Source: Nitrospirota bacterium
GTDB taxonomy: Bacteria; Nitrospirota; JACRHJ01
Direction of reading: 5' to 3'
Length of the DNA: 64,000 bases
NCBI GenBank assembly: GCA_963845245.1
Contig: CAWJRJ010000013.1
Coordinates: 23,234 to 87,233, forward strand
Part shown: piece by piece, positions 9,615 to 19,225 of the stretch
Position numbering within the stretch: position 1 is the stretch's first letter
Layout of the letters: every line of letters begins with the position of its first letter
Notes under the pieces: generated by a model
What the model saw: only the letters and a program-made list of their open reading frames with translations
Database searches by the model: none
Told to the model about the DNA's origin: nothing
Position numbers and translations under genes: made by a program

Positions 9615-10402
9615 GTATAAAGTTTCCGGGTGCGCCCAGAAAGAAATATAACTTGAGTATAATCGCGAATAAAACCCGGCTTGCGCTTCTGACGTTCCTG
9701 TTTCTGTTTATTTGCGGGACGGTTTTTGCGGCTGGCAAGTTCCCGGAGCCGAAGGGCTACGTAAATGATTTCGCAGGGGTGATAAACCCCGCCGATGCCG
9801 CTGCGCTTGAGCAACAGCTTTCGGAGGTCGAAAAAAACACGACCGCGCAGATAGCGGTTGTGACGGTGCCCGACCTCGGCGATTATGCCGACGTAGACGA
9901 ATATGCCGTGGAGCTGTTCAAGGCTTGGGGCATCGGCCAGAAGGGCCAGGACAACGGCGTACTCATATTGGTTGCGCCGTCGCTCAAGAAGGCCAGGATA
10001 GAGGTCGGCTACGGGCTCGAGGGTGCGATTACCGACGGCACGGCCGGCGAGATAATCCGCAATGTCATGGCCCCGTACTTCAAGGCCGGCGATTATGGCA
10101 AGGGGCTTGTTGCGGGCGCTAACGCTGTAGCTGAGAAAATACCGCCCGGAGGGGTAAAGAAGCCTGCAAAGAGGAGCAGGGGCGGGTTCTCAATAATCCT
10201 CACGATCATATTTATAATACTGGTCTTGAGCCAGTTCTTCTTCCCGGGCCCGCGCATCATGGGCGGCAGGCGCTACTACGGCGGCGGCCCATTCATTGGC
10301 GGTTTCGGGGGAGGTTTTGGTGGAGGTGGCGGTTTTGGAGGTGGGTTCGGAGGCTTCGGAGGCGGTGGCTCAGGTGGGGGCGGCGCATCCGGCGGCTGGT
10401 AA
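9611..10402 (+). CDS. TPM domain protein (YgcG family)
   Basis: YVNDFAG, QIAVVTV, WGIGQK..DNG, RIEVGYGLEG, TM helix, Gly-rich tail ending SGGW. Confidence 0.92.
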   Translation: MSIKFPGAPRKKYNLSIIANKTRLALLTFLFLFICGTVFAAGKFPEPKGYVNDFAGVINPADAAALEQQLSEVEKNTTAQIAVVTVPDLGDYADVDEYAVELFKAWGIGQKGQDNGVLILVAPSLKKARIEVGYGLEGAITDGTAGEIIRNVMAPYFKAGDYGKGLVAGANAVAEKIPPGGVKKPAKRSRGGFSIILTIIFIILVLSQFFFPGPRIMGGRRYYGGGPFIGGFGGGFGGGGGFGGGFGGFGGGGSGGGGASGGW

Positions 10403-10429
10403 ATATACAAGAAAGGAAGGTACAGGATA

Positions 10430-11302
10430 GTGGTTGAGAGGAAAATCGAGGAATCAAAGAAGAAGACGGACGAGGGACGCGCGTTCCTGATGAAGCAGGA
10501 TTACAGGAGGGCGAGGCAGGCATTCGACGAGGCGATACGCCTCGACCCGCAGAATGCGCTTGCGCACAGCGGCAAGGCAAACGCCCTATTCGGGCTTGAG
10601 GATATAGAGAAGGCCGTCAAGACGATCGAGAAGGCCCTCGAGCTTGACCCGAACAACGAGGAGATACTGGACAACTACGGCGCGTACCTCTATAACCTCA
10701 GCAAGTTCAAGGAGGCGCTCGGCGTGGCCCAAAGGCTCGTCGACATGCACCCCGACAGCGCAGACTACCTCTATAAGCTTGGTACTGTGTACGACGCCAT
10801 GGACGAGGTGGACAATGCGGCCGAGGCGTTCAACAAGTCACTCGCGATTGAGCCGAACGACCTGCATGTGCTGAAAGACCTGGCCGAGATGTACGAGAAG
10901 AACAAAAGGCTGGACGAGGCGATCGAGGTATTCAAAAAAGCGGCCAGTGTGGCCCCGGACCAGTCGTACTTCCTGGACTGCCAGGGCCAGATATACGGCA
11001 GGCTGGACAAGTACGAAGAGGCTCTTGCCGTCTTCGAGGCGGCTCTGAAGTTAAACCCCGAGGACGACTACGCGGCAAACGGCAGGGCGGCGACGCTTGG
11101 AAGGATAGGCCGTGAAGAGGAGGCCCTTGCGGCGTTCGACGAGCTTATAAAGAAGGACCCCGGCAGCGCGTTCCCATGGGACGGCAAGGCATTTGTGCTG
11201 AAGCGTCTGGGCAGGATGGAAGAGGCCAAGGCGGCCCAGGCCGAGGCGACGAAGATCTGGCGGGCCGAGGAATCGAACTCCCCGAGCATATTCAATAACT
11301 AG
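10430..11302 (+). CDS. Tetratricopeptide repeat protein
   Basis: About 8 consecutive 34-aa TPR units. Confidence 0.88.
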   Translation: MVERKIEESKKKTDEGRAFLMKQDYRRARQAFDEAIRLDPQNALAHSGKANALFGLEDIEKAVKTIEKALELDPNNEEILDNYGAYLYNLSKFKEALGVAQRLVDMHPDSADYLYKLGTVYDAMDEVDNAAEAFNKSLAIEPNDLHVLKDLAEMYEKNKRLDEAIEVFKKAASVAPDQSYFLDCQGQIYGRLDKYEEALAVFEAALKLNPEDDYAANGRAATLGRIGREEEALAAFDELIKKDPGSAFPWDGKAFVLKRLGRMEEAKAAQAEATKIWRAEESNSPSIFNN

Positions 11303-11313
11303 AGGAGAGCGTC

Positions 11314-11895
11314 ATGAAAAAAGGGTTAATTATAGCACTCGCGGCTGTGGGAGCTATTGTCCTTGTTGTGGGCATCGCGTTTTCCTGGGTGATGGGAGCG
11401 CGTAACCAGTTTGTCACGCTACAGCAGGACGTCAACAAGCAGTGGAGCCAGGTGGAAAACCAGCTCCAGAGGCGAAACGACCTTATACCCAACCTCGTCT
11501 CCACCGTGAAAGGTTACGCGACGCACGAAAAAGGCGTGTTCGACGACATTGCCGCCGCGCGCGCCAAGATGGCCGGGGCGAAGTCTCCTGCGGAGACGAT
11601 GGACGGCGCCAACCAGATGTCAGGCGCCCTGTCAAGGCTCCTGCTCGTGGTAGAGAACTACCCGAACCTGAAGGCCGACCAGAGCTTCAACCGCCTGATG
11701 GATGAACTAGCAGGGACCGAGAACAGGCTTGCCGTCGAGAGGAAGCGTTACAACGACGTCATCAGGGACTACAATGTGCTGCTTATGAAGTTCCCGACCA
11801 ACCTTGTGGCCGGTATGTTCAATTTCAAGGAGATGCCCTACTTCAAGGCGCCCGAGGAGGCGAAGGCCGTGCCGAAGGTGGACTTCAATAAATGA
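11314..11895 (+). CDS. lemA: LemA family protein
   Basis: [35 protein letters not shown]. Confidence 0.95.
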   Translation: MKKGLIIALAAVGAIVLVVGIAFSWVMGARNQFVTLQQDVNKQWSQVENQLQRRNDLIPNLVSTVKGYATHEKGVFDDIAAARAKMAGAKSPAETMDGANQMSGALSRLLLVVENYPNLKADQSFNRLMDELAGTENRLAVERKRYNDVIRDYNVLLMKFPTNLVAGMFNFKEMPYFKAPEEAKAVPKVDFNK

Positions 11896-12371
11896 GGATA
11901 GCCGTCTACCCGGGTACATTCGACCCGATAACGAACGGCCATGTCGACCTGGTTAAGCGCGGCCTTGCCATCTTCGACAAGGTGATAATAGCGGTCGCGC
12001 CAAGCCCGAAAAAGGCCCCGCTCTTCTCCGCGGAGGAGCGGGTGCAGATGATACGCGAGGCGATGGCGGGCCTCGGCAATGTGGAAGTGGAGCTGTTCGA
12101 GGGCCTGCTGGTGGACCACGTCATTAAGCATGGCGCGAACGTGGTCGTCAGGGGTCTTCGGGCGGTTTCCGACTTTGAGTACGAGCTTCAGATGGCGCTC
12201 ATGAACAGGCGGCTCTCAAGCATGGTCGAGACCGTCTTCATGATGCCGTCCGAGGAGTATTCCTACACCTCGTCCACCGTCATAAAAGAGGTAGCGGGCT
12301 ACGGCGGCGACGTCTCCGGTCTCGTGCCGGAGGTTGTGATACCCTACCTCAAGAAAAAGTTCCAGGCTTAA
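11892..12371 (+). CDS. coaD: Pantetheine-phosphate adenylyltransferase
   Basis: [31 protein letters not shown]. Confidence 0.97.
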   Translation: MRIAVYPGTFDPITNGHVDLVKRGLAIFDKVIIAVAPSPKKAPLFSAEERVQMIREAMAGLGNVEVELFEGLLVDHVIKHGANVVVRGLRAVSDFEYELQMALMNRRLSSMVETVFMMPSEEYSYTSSTVIKEVAGYGGDVSGLVPEVVIPYLKKKFQA

Positions 12372-13178
12372 ATCCCCGCCTCTGCGAACATCACCTCTAC
12401 CTCAAGCCAGATCCCGTTCTCGCCAGCCGTCTCGGCTACATCCCGCAGATGTTTCTCCATAAATGGTTCAAGTTCCCCTTCGGGAATCCTGGCAAGCTGG
12501 TTGCGGTAGGCGGTATTAAGCAAGATCTCCCGCCACTGGTCTTCGTCTTTCAGATAATAGCCGACCTGCCTCGACTGGATGTGTATATCCTTGAACTCAG
12601 CGCTCCTTAAAAGGGCCTCTATCTTCTCAGGAGTATCGAGCCGCGCCGAGAAGTGCGGCTCCTCGATCCCGTATCCCTTGAGCCTGTCCACCAGCATCCC
12701 CCGCAGCGGCTGCATCAGGCTCGACGTGAAGCTGGTCATGAAAAGCCTGCCGCCCGGCTTGAGGACCTTGTGGATGCACCGCAGGCCGTTCTCCATGTCC
12801 GGCAGGAAGAATATGCCGAAGGCGCAGCTTGCAAGGTCGAATGTACCGTCCGCAAAACCCATGTCTTCAATGTCGCAGCACTTGAAGGCGATGTTATGCA
12901 GACCAAGCCCGTCCGCCTTGGCCTTTGCCTTCTGGAGCATCTTTTCGGATATATCTATGCCGGTGACGCTTCCGTCCTACAAGCCTTTGCGCTGCGCGGA
13001 CAGCCACGTTGCCGGTCCCGGTAGCGACGTCCAGCAGGGCTTCGCTTCCATTCAGGCGCATGTCTTCTACAAGGTGCGCGGCGGTTTCGACGAAGAAACG
13101 CGTGCCGGGGGAGTCGTACCCTTCGCTCGCAGTGTCGAAAACGGCAGTTACCTTCTGTTTGTGTTCCCTGTGTTTCAT
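12368..13178 (-). CDS. Class I SAM-dependent methyltransferase (UbiE-like); apparent frameshift near 12975
   Basis: LDVATGTG motif I in the first [12 protein letters not shown] and LKPGG in the second. Confidence 0.85.
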
Positions 13179-13293
13179 ATGTCCTCTTTCTTTTGACGGT
13201 TCAGTATGCAGTTGTTATCTATATAACTTCGACGATGCAGATGTCAATGAATAATTTGGAACCGAAAGGCCTTGTTATCGTCAAAAAAGTTGT

Positions 13294-13506
13294 TTGCACA
13301 CAGCTTTCATGGTTATAGGCGAGGCTGCGAAGAAGATTTCCGAGGAGACCCGGACGGCGCATCCTCATATCCCCTGGAAGAAAATGGCCGGGCTGCGGGA
13401 TGTACTGATTCATGCCTATGATACGGTAGACGTAAGGATGGTCTGGAGATTGCTGAGGGAAGACCTGCCGCAACTTATAACCTCCCTGGAAAAGATTGTT
13501 CAATAG
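13294..13506 (+). pseudogene. N-terminally truncated HepT/DUF86 HEPN toxin remnant
   Basis: IGEAAKKI..IPWKKMAGLRDVLIHAY..VD..VW; in-frame TAA at 13252; no MNT partner gene nearby. Confidence 0.75.
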
Positions 13507-13531
13507 CCAGAAGCGAGGTAATTAACATATT

Positions 13532-14002
13532 ATGCCTAAAGACGAGAATTCAAAACTGATAGCCGGTAACAAGAAGGCCTACCACGACTTCTTCATTGAG
13601 GAGACGTACGAGGCCGGGATAGCGCTTCTGGGCACCGAGGTGAAGTCGCTCCGGGACGGCCGCGCGAACCTCAAGGACTGCTACGCCATGATAAAGAACG
13701 AGGAGGTATTCCTCATCGGCCTTCATATCTCGCCGTATTCGCACGGCAACATAATGAACCACGACCCGGAACGCACCCGCAAGCTCCTGATGCACAAGCG
13801 CGAGATAAAGCGGCTGTTCGGCCTTCTGACCCAGAAGGGCTACACGCTCGTCCCTACCAAACTGTATTTCAAGGAGGGGCGGGTGAAGGTGGAGCTTGGC
13901 CTTGCCAAGGGCAAGAAGAACTACGACGTCCGCGAGACGGTGAAGGAGAAAGAGGCCCAGCGCGAGATACAACGGGCGACGAGGGAGCGGAACAAAGGTT
14001 AA
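13532..14002 (+). CDS. smpB: SsrA-binding protein
   Basis: [39 protein letters not shown]. Confidence 0.97.
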   Translation: MPKDENSKLIAGNKKAYHDFFIEETYEAGIALLGTEVKSLRDGRANLKDCYAMIKNEEVFLIGLHISPYSHGNIMNHDPERTRKLLMHKREIKRLFGLLTQKGYTLVPTKLYFKEGRVKVELGLAKGKKNYDVRETVKEKEAQREIQRATRERNKG

Positions 14003-14017
14003 GCAGAAGGGCTGAAG

Positions 14018-14611
14018 ATGGATAGTGAGACGCTCGGCTTCGACAGGGTCCACGAAGAGTACAGGCAGAGGATAAGGCGCTATGTTGCCCGTCTTGCCGG
14101 AGAGCATGAGGCGGACGACCTCACACAGGAAGTCTTCCTGAAGGTGAGCCGCGCCCTTCCCGACTTCCAGGGCAAATCGAGCCTGTCCACATGGATCTAT
14201 AAGGTCGCTACCAATACAGTCCTTGACAGACTGAAGAGCCCTGCCCACCGTCAGGCCATCCTTGAGGCACAGGATATAGACTCAGAGGGTGTCGCTCCCA
14301 TGCCCGACGACAACCCTCTTTCCGTAGACCAGCAACTCATCCGCGAGCAGATGAGCGAATGTATCCGGGAGGTGGTGGCCAAACTCCCGCCCGACTACAG
14401 GGCTGTCATCGCCCTCTCCGAGATGGAAGACCTTAAAAACAGCGAGATTGCAGATGTCTTAGGCATCTCGCTTGACGCCGCCAAGATAAGGCTTCACAGG
14501 GCGCGCACGGTCCTCAAGAAAGAGCTTGAAGGCAAATGCGACTTCTACCGTGACGGCCGCAACGAGTTCGCCTGCGAACCAAAGTCCTCCCCGATAAAAT
14601 TTAAAAAATAA
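14018..14611 (+). CDS. ECF sigma-70 factor with Cys-containing C-terminus
   Basis: DDLTQEVFLK, STWIYKVATN, region 4 EIADVLGIS..KIRLHRAR; tail CDFYRD..FACEPK. Confidence 0.9.
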   Translation: MDSETLGFDRVHEEYRQRIRRYVARLAGEHEADDLTQEVFLKVSRALPDFQGKSSLSTWIYKVATNTVLDRLKSPAHRQAILEAQDIDSEGVAPMPDDNPLSVDQQLIREQMSECIREVVAKLPPDYRAVIALSEMEDLKNSEIADVLGISLDAAKIRLHRARTVLKKELEGKCDFYRDGRNEFACEPKSSPIKFKK

Positions 14612-14624
14612 ACAGTTCAGACGT

Positions 14625-14652
14625 GTATCCTTTTATCTCCGGGTGTCGTCTA
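14625..14652 (+). promoter_or_regulatory. Candidate ECF-type promoter for the CMD gene
   Basis: GTATCC-N16-CGTCTA; CGTC -10 with 16-nt spacer is typical ECF geometry. Confidence 0.45.
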
Positions 14653-14712
14653 CAAGGACCATAAAGTGGGCGATGCACCCAGTGGGCTTGAACATCTTCA
14701 TGGAGGGGAAAC

Positions 14713-14964
14713 ATGGACAAGAGGACAAAGGACCTGATTGCGGTCGGCGCCACGATGGCCGCAAACTGCCAGCCGTGCCTGCAAAAGATGGCGGAGGTAG
14801 CGCGGGCGGGCGGGGCGGATGAGCAGGATATCCTGACCGCGATAAAAATAGGCAATATGATAAAGAATGGGGCAGGGGAAAAGATGGACGTTTTTGTCTC
14901 GGATATGTTTAATGAACACAGGGAAAGTATGGCTGCGGCGGAAAGCACGTGCGGATGCAGTTAA
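14713..14964 (+). CDS. Carboxymuconolactone decarboxylase/AhpD-like CxxC protein
   Basis: KDLIAVGATMAANCQPCL...A..GA.EQDI; terminal CGC. Confidence 0.8.
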   Translation: MDKRTKDLIAVGATMAANCQPCLQKMAEVARAGGADEQDILTAIKIGNMIKNGAGEKMDVFVSDMFNEHRESMAAAESTCGCS

Positions 14965-15458
14965 CGGCATTCGGCCGCGAACCTGTGCAGCAGCCCGTAT
15001 AGCGCAAGTGTGACCATCATTGCGGATGCTGCGAAGTATGGGGTGCCCGAAAATATCGTCTGGAGGAACAGGGCCGCGACGCTGTAGAGGTATACTGCGC
15101 TTGCGCAAAGTCCGATAATCGTGAATGCGTCCGGCTTCCTGTCTTTCAGCGCGCTCCATGCACGTGAGAAGAGGGGCTTCCCGGACCAGATAATCACAGG
15201 CGTGGCCAGGATGAACTCTGCAAGGGAGAGCGCCCTCACGGCGACTGCCGTCTGCTTGAAGATGGGCAGGATGTCCCGCAGCACTATGACCGTAAGAGGG
15301 AGCATCAGCACGACGCTTACCCAGTAGCGCGTGCTCAGGTCTAAAAGACCGTTTTTGTCTTCCGCCGTATCCAGCCCGCATTTAGGGCAGCTTCCATTTC
15401 CGCCCGGCAAGGTCTGGGGTTGTTTCAAGATATGTGTGCGGCATAAACACTCCTGCAT
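14961..15458 (-). CDS. Stand-alone N-terminal fragment of a CopA-type P1B ATPase
   Basis: GSCPKCG metal motif, ILATPVIIWSGKPLF.RAW, YLYSV, YF..SA.MVTL; stops before actuator, DKTGT and ATP-binding domains. Confidence 0.65.
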   Translation of the reverse strand: MQECLCRTHILKQPQTLPGGNGSCPKCGLDTAEDKNGLLDLSTRYWVSVVLMLPLTVIVLRDILPIFKQTAVAVRALSLAEFILATPVIIWSGKPLFSRAWSALKDRKPDAFTIIGLCASAVYLYSVAALFLQTIFSGTPYFAASAMMVTLALYGLLHRFAAECR

Positions 15459-15510
15459 TATATTCTGCTTTTATTATAACACAGCAGATGCAGGAGGTTT
15501 AGTTGAGGAG

Positions 15511-16318
15511 CTAAGGCAGGTAGGGGTGTCGGGGCAACAAGGCATTGCTAAAAAGCATTTGGTTCTCATATTGCCATCCTTGTAGACATTTCATAAGAAA
15601 ATCAAACAACGCAGCAAGACTGGGTCCTTGGAAACCGGTATCTTTTTCACCGACACTAATGTACAAATCCGTTGATTGACTTATTGCGTCAGTAAATATC
15701 CATCCATCATTTAGAACTCAAAGTATATCCTTCTCGGAGGCAAGTTATTGTATTTGGGAATTTTCTCAGCTCTATTTTTTTCTCCCATGATATTAAGTGG
15801 TCCATGAGAGTGTTTAATTGTGGACCCTGAAATGCAATTAGGCAAACAGGAATGTGTGGGAGCTTTACAAATTTCTGTTCTCCTGTAATGTAAGCAGACC
15901 AAGGCCACGGGTCAAGTAAAGGAAGAATGGGGAGACTCTTAATTTTTGATGATGTATTTACAGCATTAGTAAGTTCAGATCTTAAGCCAGGTTCGGACGT
16001 AGTTAGAACGGATTTAACTTCGACTGCCGCTGCAACTGCATGAACAAGTGCTAGACTAACTTGTCCGCTAATTTGCAAGCGAGGGGCAGTATGCGGGAGT
16101 ATTAAAACATCTACCTGTCCTGACCTCGTGTCTTGTGCGGATAGAATCTCACCTGTTACAAAATCAAATCCACGGGGAAGGTTCGCGGCCAAGAAGTCTG
16201 AAATAATAAGCTCGCGAGCTGTGCCAAGTATAGTTCCGTGTCGAGCAATACCGACTTCTTCACCTTTAGCTAACAGTGAAACACGAACCTTTTCAAAATG
16301 TTTATTTAAAGGCCGCAT
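15511..16318 (-). CDS. DUF6602-like PD-(D/E)XK-fold protein; apparent frameshift near 15718
   Basis: GTARE...FL...LP..F...TGEI...SGQVDVLI...AAVEVKS; frame resumes LNDGWIF...PYLP* at 15511; AT-rich. Confidence 0.65.
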
Positions 16319-16321
16319 CTC

Positions 16322-16389
16322 TTAGTTCTTCTCCTGAAACGTCATGGCCCAGCGGTCAAAGGTGCGGGCGCTACGGACTCCGGACGGCG
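16322..16389 (-). repeat. Diverged duplicate of the HD-gene 3' end
   Basis: 16332..16389 matches 16941..16998 at 49/58 positions; encodes SARTFDRWAMTFQEKN* versus SARTFDRWAMMFQEKG*. Confidence 0.9.
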
Positions 16390-16395
16390 TACTGT

Positions 16396-16630
16396 TTAAA
16401 TCTTTCTAAGAATCTTCTCAAATTCTTCCAAAGATATATCTATCTCACGGAGTATTTCTCTAATAAGTGGACGGGCTAGGTCGCGGCCCGGATGGTGTGG
16501 TATGGTGGTAGTCCTGCCGTCGGGATGCCTGTAGAATGCGTGACTGCCTTTTTGGCGGGTCTTCTTGAAGCCTAAAAGAAAGAGCACGGCTTCCAGTTTT
16601 GCTGGAGGCAGGACCCTCAGCTTCAGTCAA
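16396..16630 (-). CDS. hicA: HicA family toxin; apparent +1 indel just after the TTG start
   Basis: KLRVLPP...LGF..TRQKGSH..Y.HPDGR.TTIPHH..DL..PLIREIL. Confidence 0.85.
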
Positions 16631-16851
16631 GCAGAGACCTCGATGGTCTGAAGGCCTACGAAGTGCGGGATATCTTTCTTAGCGCCTTTGCGCTCCTCAA
16701 GGCAAAGCTCAACCACTTCCTTGAGGTTTTGAGAAAGCTCGTCCAGCGTCGCGCCCTGCGTGTGTGCGCCGGTTATGCCCGGCACGATGCCGACGTACAA
16801 CCCTGTTTCCGGGTCCTGTTCTATGTAGGCGGTGACGTTGTATTTCTTCAT
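16627..16851 (-). CDS. hicB: HicB family antitoxin (short form)
   Basis: YVGIVPGITGAHTQGATLDEL..NLKEVVELCL; overlaps hicA start. Confidence 0.9.
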   Translation of the reverse strand: MKKYNVTAYIEQDPETGLYVGIVPGITGAHTQGATLDELSQNLKEVVELCLEERKGAKKDIPHFVGLQTIEVSA

Positions 16852-16930
16852 TAGCCCCTCCGTATCATTAATTATGATACGAGAAAAATATACCCAAGTC
16901 AATCATTCATCGCCTGAACGATGCCTTCTC

Positions 16931-17527
16931 CTATCCCTTTTCCTGAAACATCATCGCCCAGCGGTCGAAGGTGCGGGCGCTGCGGCTGCCGAATGGCGCA
17001 ATCATCGCGCGTGCTTCCGCAAGCGTCTGCATCGTCAGCATCCTCTCGGGCGTAACAGGGAAGAACTTGTCTGCGTAGCAGATTATCTCTTCTTCAAGCG
17101 TAATGGGGCGCATCTCGCGCTCGGGCAGGGGCAGCTTCTTGTCGCGGATGTCCTGCACCGTTATACCGACGCCGACATGCCGCTCGCACACGTATGCGTG
17201 CAGCGGGTAGCCCTCGTCTTCCAGTATCTGGCGGCCGAGGTATCCGTGCGCGATGTACGGGTATTCGCCGGTGCAGCCCAGGTGCGGCGCGTCTGTAAGG
17301 AAGATGCCGATGTCGTGCAGCATGGCCGCCTCTTCGATGAAGATCATGCCAGGCGGCAGCCAACCAACGCGGCTTGCCACATCAAGCGCCTTCTCGGCCA
17401 CCATCCTGCCGTGCTGTAATATATATTCGTAAGCCCTCGTGCCCGGCTCGTAGTATTTCTCTATGATGACTATCGGGTTCGGCCTGATGCCGTTGTCCCT
17501 GCCTGTAACTTCCTTGATCGTTGTCAT
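16931..17527 (-). CDS. HD-domain (HDIG) phosphohydrolase
   Basis: H..V, LHDIG, HG..G, ERHVG, YADKF. Confidence 0.9.
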   Translation of the reverse strand: MTTIKEVTGRDNGIRPNPIVIIEKYYEPGTRAYEYILQHGRMVAEKALDVASRVGWLPPGMIFIEEAAMLHDIGIFLTDAPHLGCTGEYPYIAHGYLGRQILEDEGYPLHAYVCERHVGVGITVQDIRDKKLPLPEREMRPITLEEEIICYADKFFPVTPERMLTMQTLAEARAMIAPFGSRSARTFDRWAMMFQEKG

Positions 17528-17548
17528 TAGCCTCTCCGTGTCTTCTTG

Positions 17549-18085
17549 CTATACCGCGTGGCCCCATGTGCGGACGCGTCCGACATCCATATGCACGAAC
17601 TCCGGGTAAATCCCCGCGCCTCCGGCTGAAAGCGACCGCACCGCCGTGTACAACTTCTGCATCCCGACCCCGGGTATCATAAAATCTACCGCCATCCCCT
17701 TCGTGTGCAGGCTGTGTGCCGCGACTCCGTTCGAGCGTTTTGCGAGTATAGCGTTGTAGGCCGGTGAACGGTAGCCGGATATTATATGCACGAGGTTCCC
17801 GCCGCCGTGCATCCGGTCAACTCGGGCCAGAAGCCCGATCAGGCCGGGGTCTATGGAATGGACTTCATCATTATAATGGCATCGGAGGAACCGGTCAACC
17901 CTGTCCATCTCTTCATTGCTGCACCTGCCCCCGTCATTTACGGCGACGTTGATATACTCGCCGGTATGGGTGTTGTACATCTTAAGCGTGTACGGCGCAT
18001 CCTCATCCGCTCGCGCCGGCAGCTGTGACGCCCCGAACAAGAGCGCGGCCGCAAACATGCCCTTCAGAAAAGACCTTCTATTCAT
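17549..18085 (-). CDS. YcbK/MepK family peptidase M15A (DUF882) with Tat signal
   Basis: NRRSFLK signal; ISGYRS, SLHTKGMAVD, FVHMDVG. Confidence 0.9.
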   Translation of the reverse strand: MNRRSFLKGMFAAALLFGASQLPARADEDAPYTLKMYNTHTGEYINVAVNDGGRCSNEEMDRVDRFLRCHYNDEVHSIDPGLIGLLARVDRMHGGGNLVHIISGYRSPAYNAILAKRSNGVAAHSLHTKGMAVDFMIPGVGMQKLYTAVRSLSAGGAGIYPEFVHMDVGRVRTWGHAV

Positions 18086-18118
18086 ATAACAACTCCCTTA
18101 AAACCGTGACAAGCCTTG

Positions 18119-19000
18119 TCATGGCGTGAAAGCCCTGGTAACGTCCGCCGCGACGCCCTCTTTTGCCGCCACCACTGCACGCACCTTCTCGGTGTCAACA
18201 ATGCTGGCCAGCCCTGCCTCTTTTATCTGCCTCTCGGCCTCGGCCAGCAGGTCGCCGGTTTTGCCGTATATGTCCAGGTGCACCTCAAGGAACACCCTGC
18301 CGTTCTCGGTCAGGGCCAGCTTCACCGGTTCGTAGATTATAATGCCCTTGTCGCGTATATTCGCCGCCTTATAGAATGCCTCAGCGTCCGCAGGCTTGAG
18401 CCTGATGCAGCCGTGGCTCCTGAAACCGTATATGGATTCAGGCCAGATGGTTGAATGTATCAGGACTCCGTTTATCGAGGTGCCGACAGCGCAGTCACCG
18501 AGCGGGTTGTCCTTGCCGGGGAGCACCTCTGTCTTCACCGGCTCCCCGTTTTTTGCCATCTCCTTCTGGATGGAAACCGGGACGTGCCATGTTGGTTTCA
18601 GTCTTTTTGAATTCACCGTAAACGCGCCCATTGGAGTCTGCCATGTGCGCTTCCCAAGCGCGACTGGGTAGTGCGCTGTGAGCTTGCCATCACGGAAGAG
18701 GTAGAGCGTCCGGTCCGGTATGTTTATTATTATGCCGTCTGGTATCGCCTCGGGTATTATGGTCCGCCTGGTGATTTTGAATGTCTCACCGATCTTAACC
18801 TTGTCGTTCTTTTTTGGGTTCTCCTTAAGTAAGCGGCTGCAGTCGACACCGTTCATCCCTGAGATCTTGCAGAGGTAGTCGCCCTTGGCCGCCTTGTAAG
18901 TGATGTCCTCCTCGACCACCTGCCGGTACGCAGCAAGGGCCGGGGTGGTGGCAAACACCAGTAACAGCAAAGACAAAAGCAGGGATTGCAAATGGATCAT
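18119..19000 (-). CDS. L,D-transpeptidase with LysM domain
   Basis: IIINIPDRTLY, YPVALG, PTWHVP, IHST...SHGCIRL. Confidence 0.92.
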   Translation of the reverse strand: MIHLQSLLLSLLLLVFATTPALAAYRQVVEEDITYKAAKGDYLCKISGMNGVDCSRLLKENPKKNDKVKIGETFKITRRTIIPEAIPDGIIINIPDRTLYLFRDGKLTAHYPVALGKRTWQTPMGAFTVNSKRLKPTWHVPVSIQKEMAKNGEPVKTEVLPGKDNPLGDCAVGTSINGVLIHSTIWPESIYGFRSHGCIRLKPADAEAFYKAANIRDKGIIIYEPVKLALTENGRVFLEVHLDIYGKTGDLLAEAERQIKEAGLASIVDTEKVRAVVAAKEGVAADVTRAFTP

Positions 19001-19167
19001 ATGTGAGGTTGCACGGATTCTGGTTGATATTCTGAGGGGGTCCTGCTCTTTATTTTTAAAGTTAAAACACGCACATTTTAACAGAAAGAGGACTTATTCT
19101 CAAGGGAATTCGGGAGTTTGCGTCTAAATGATTGGAATATAACGTTTTTTGCGGGGCGGGAAGACGT

Positions 19168-19199
19168 AAAAAAAGGGCCGGCAAATAGCCGGCCCTTTT
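19168..19199 (-). terminator. Rho-independent terminator after pgk
   Basis: AAAAAAAGGGCCGGC-AAATA-GCCGGCCCTTTT. Confidence 0.85.
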
Positions 19200-19225
19200 G
19201 GATTCGTAATTGTTTCGTCAATCAG

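Noticed and set aside
10270..10400. GGN-rich tandem sequence
   Set aside because: Ordinary Gly-rich tail of TPM proteins.
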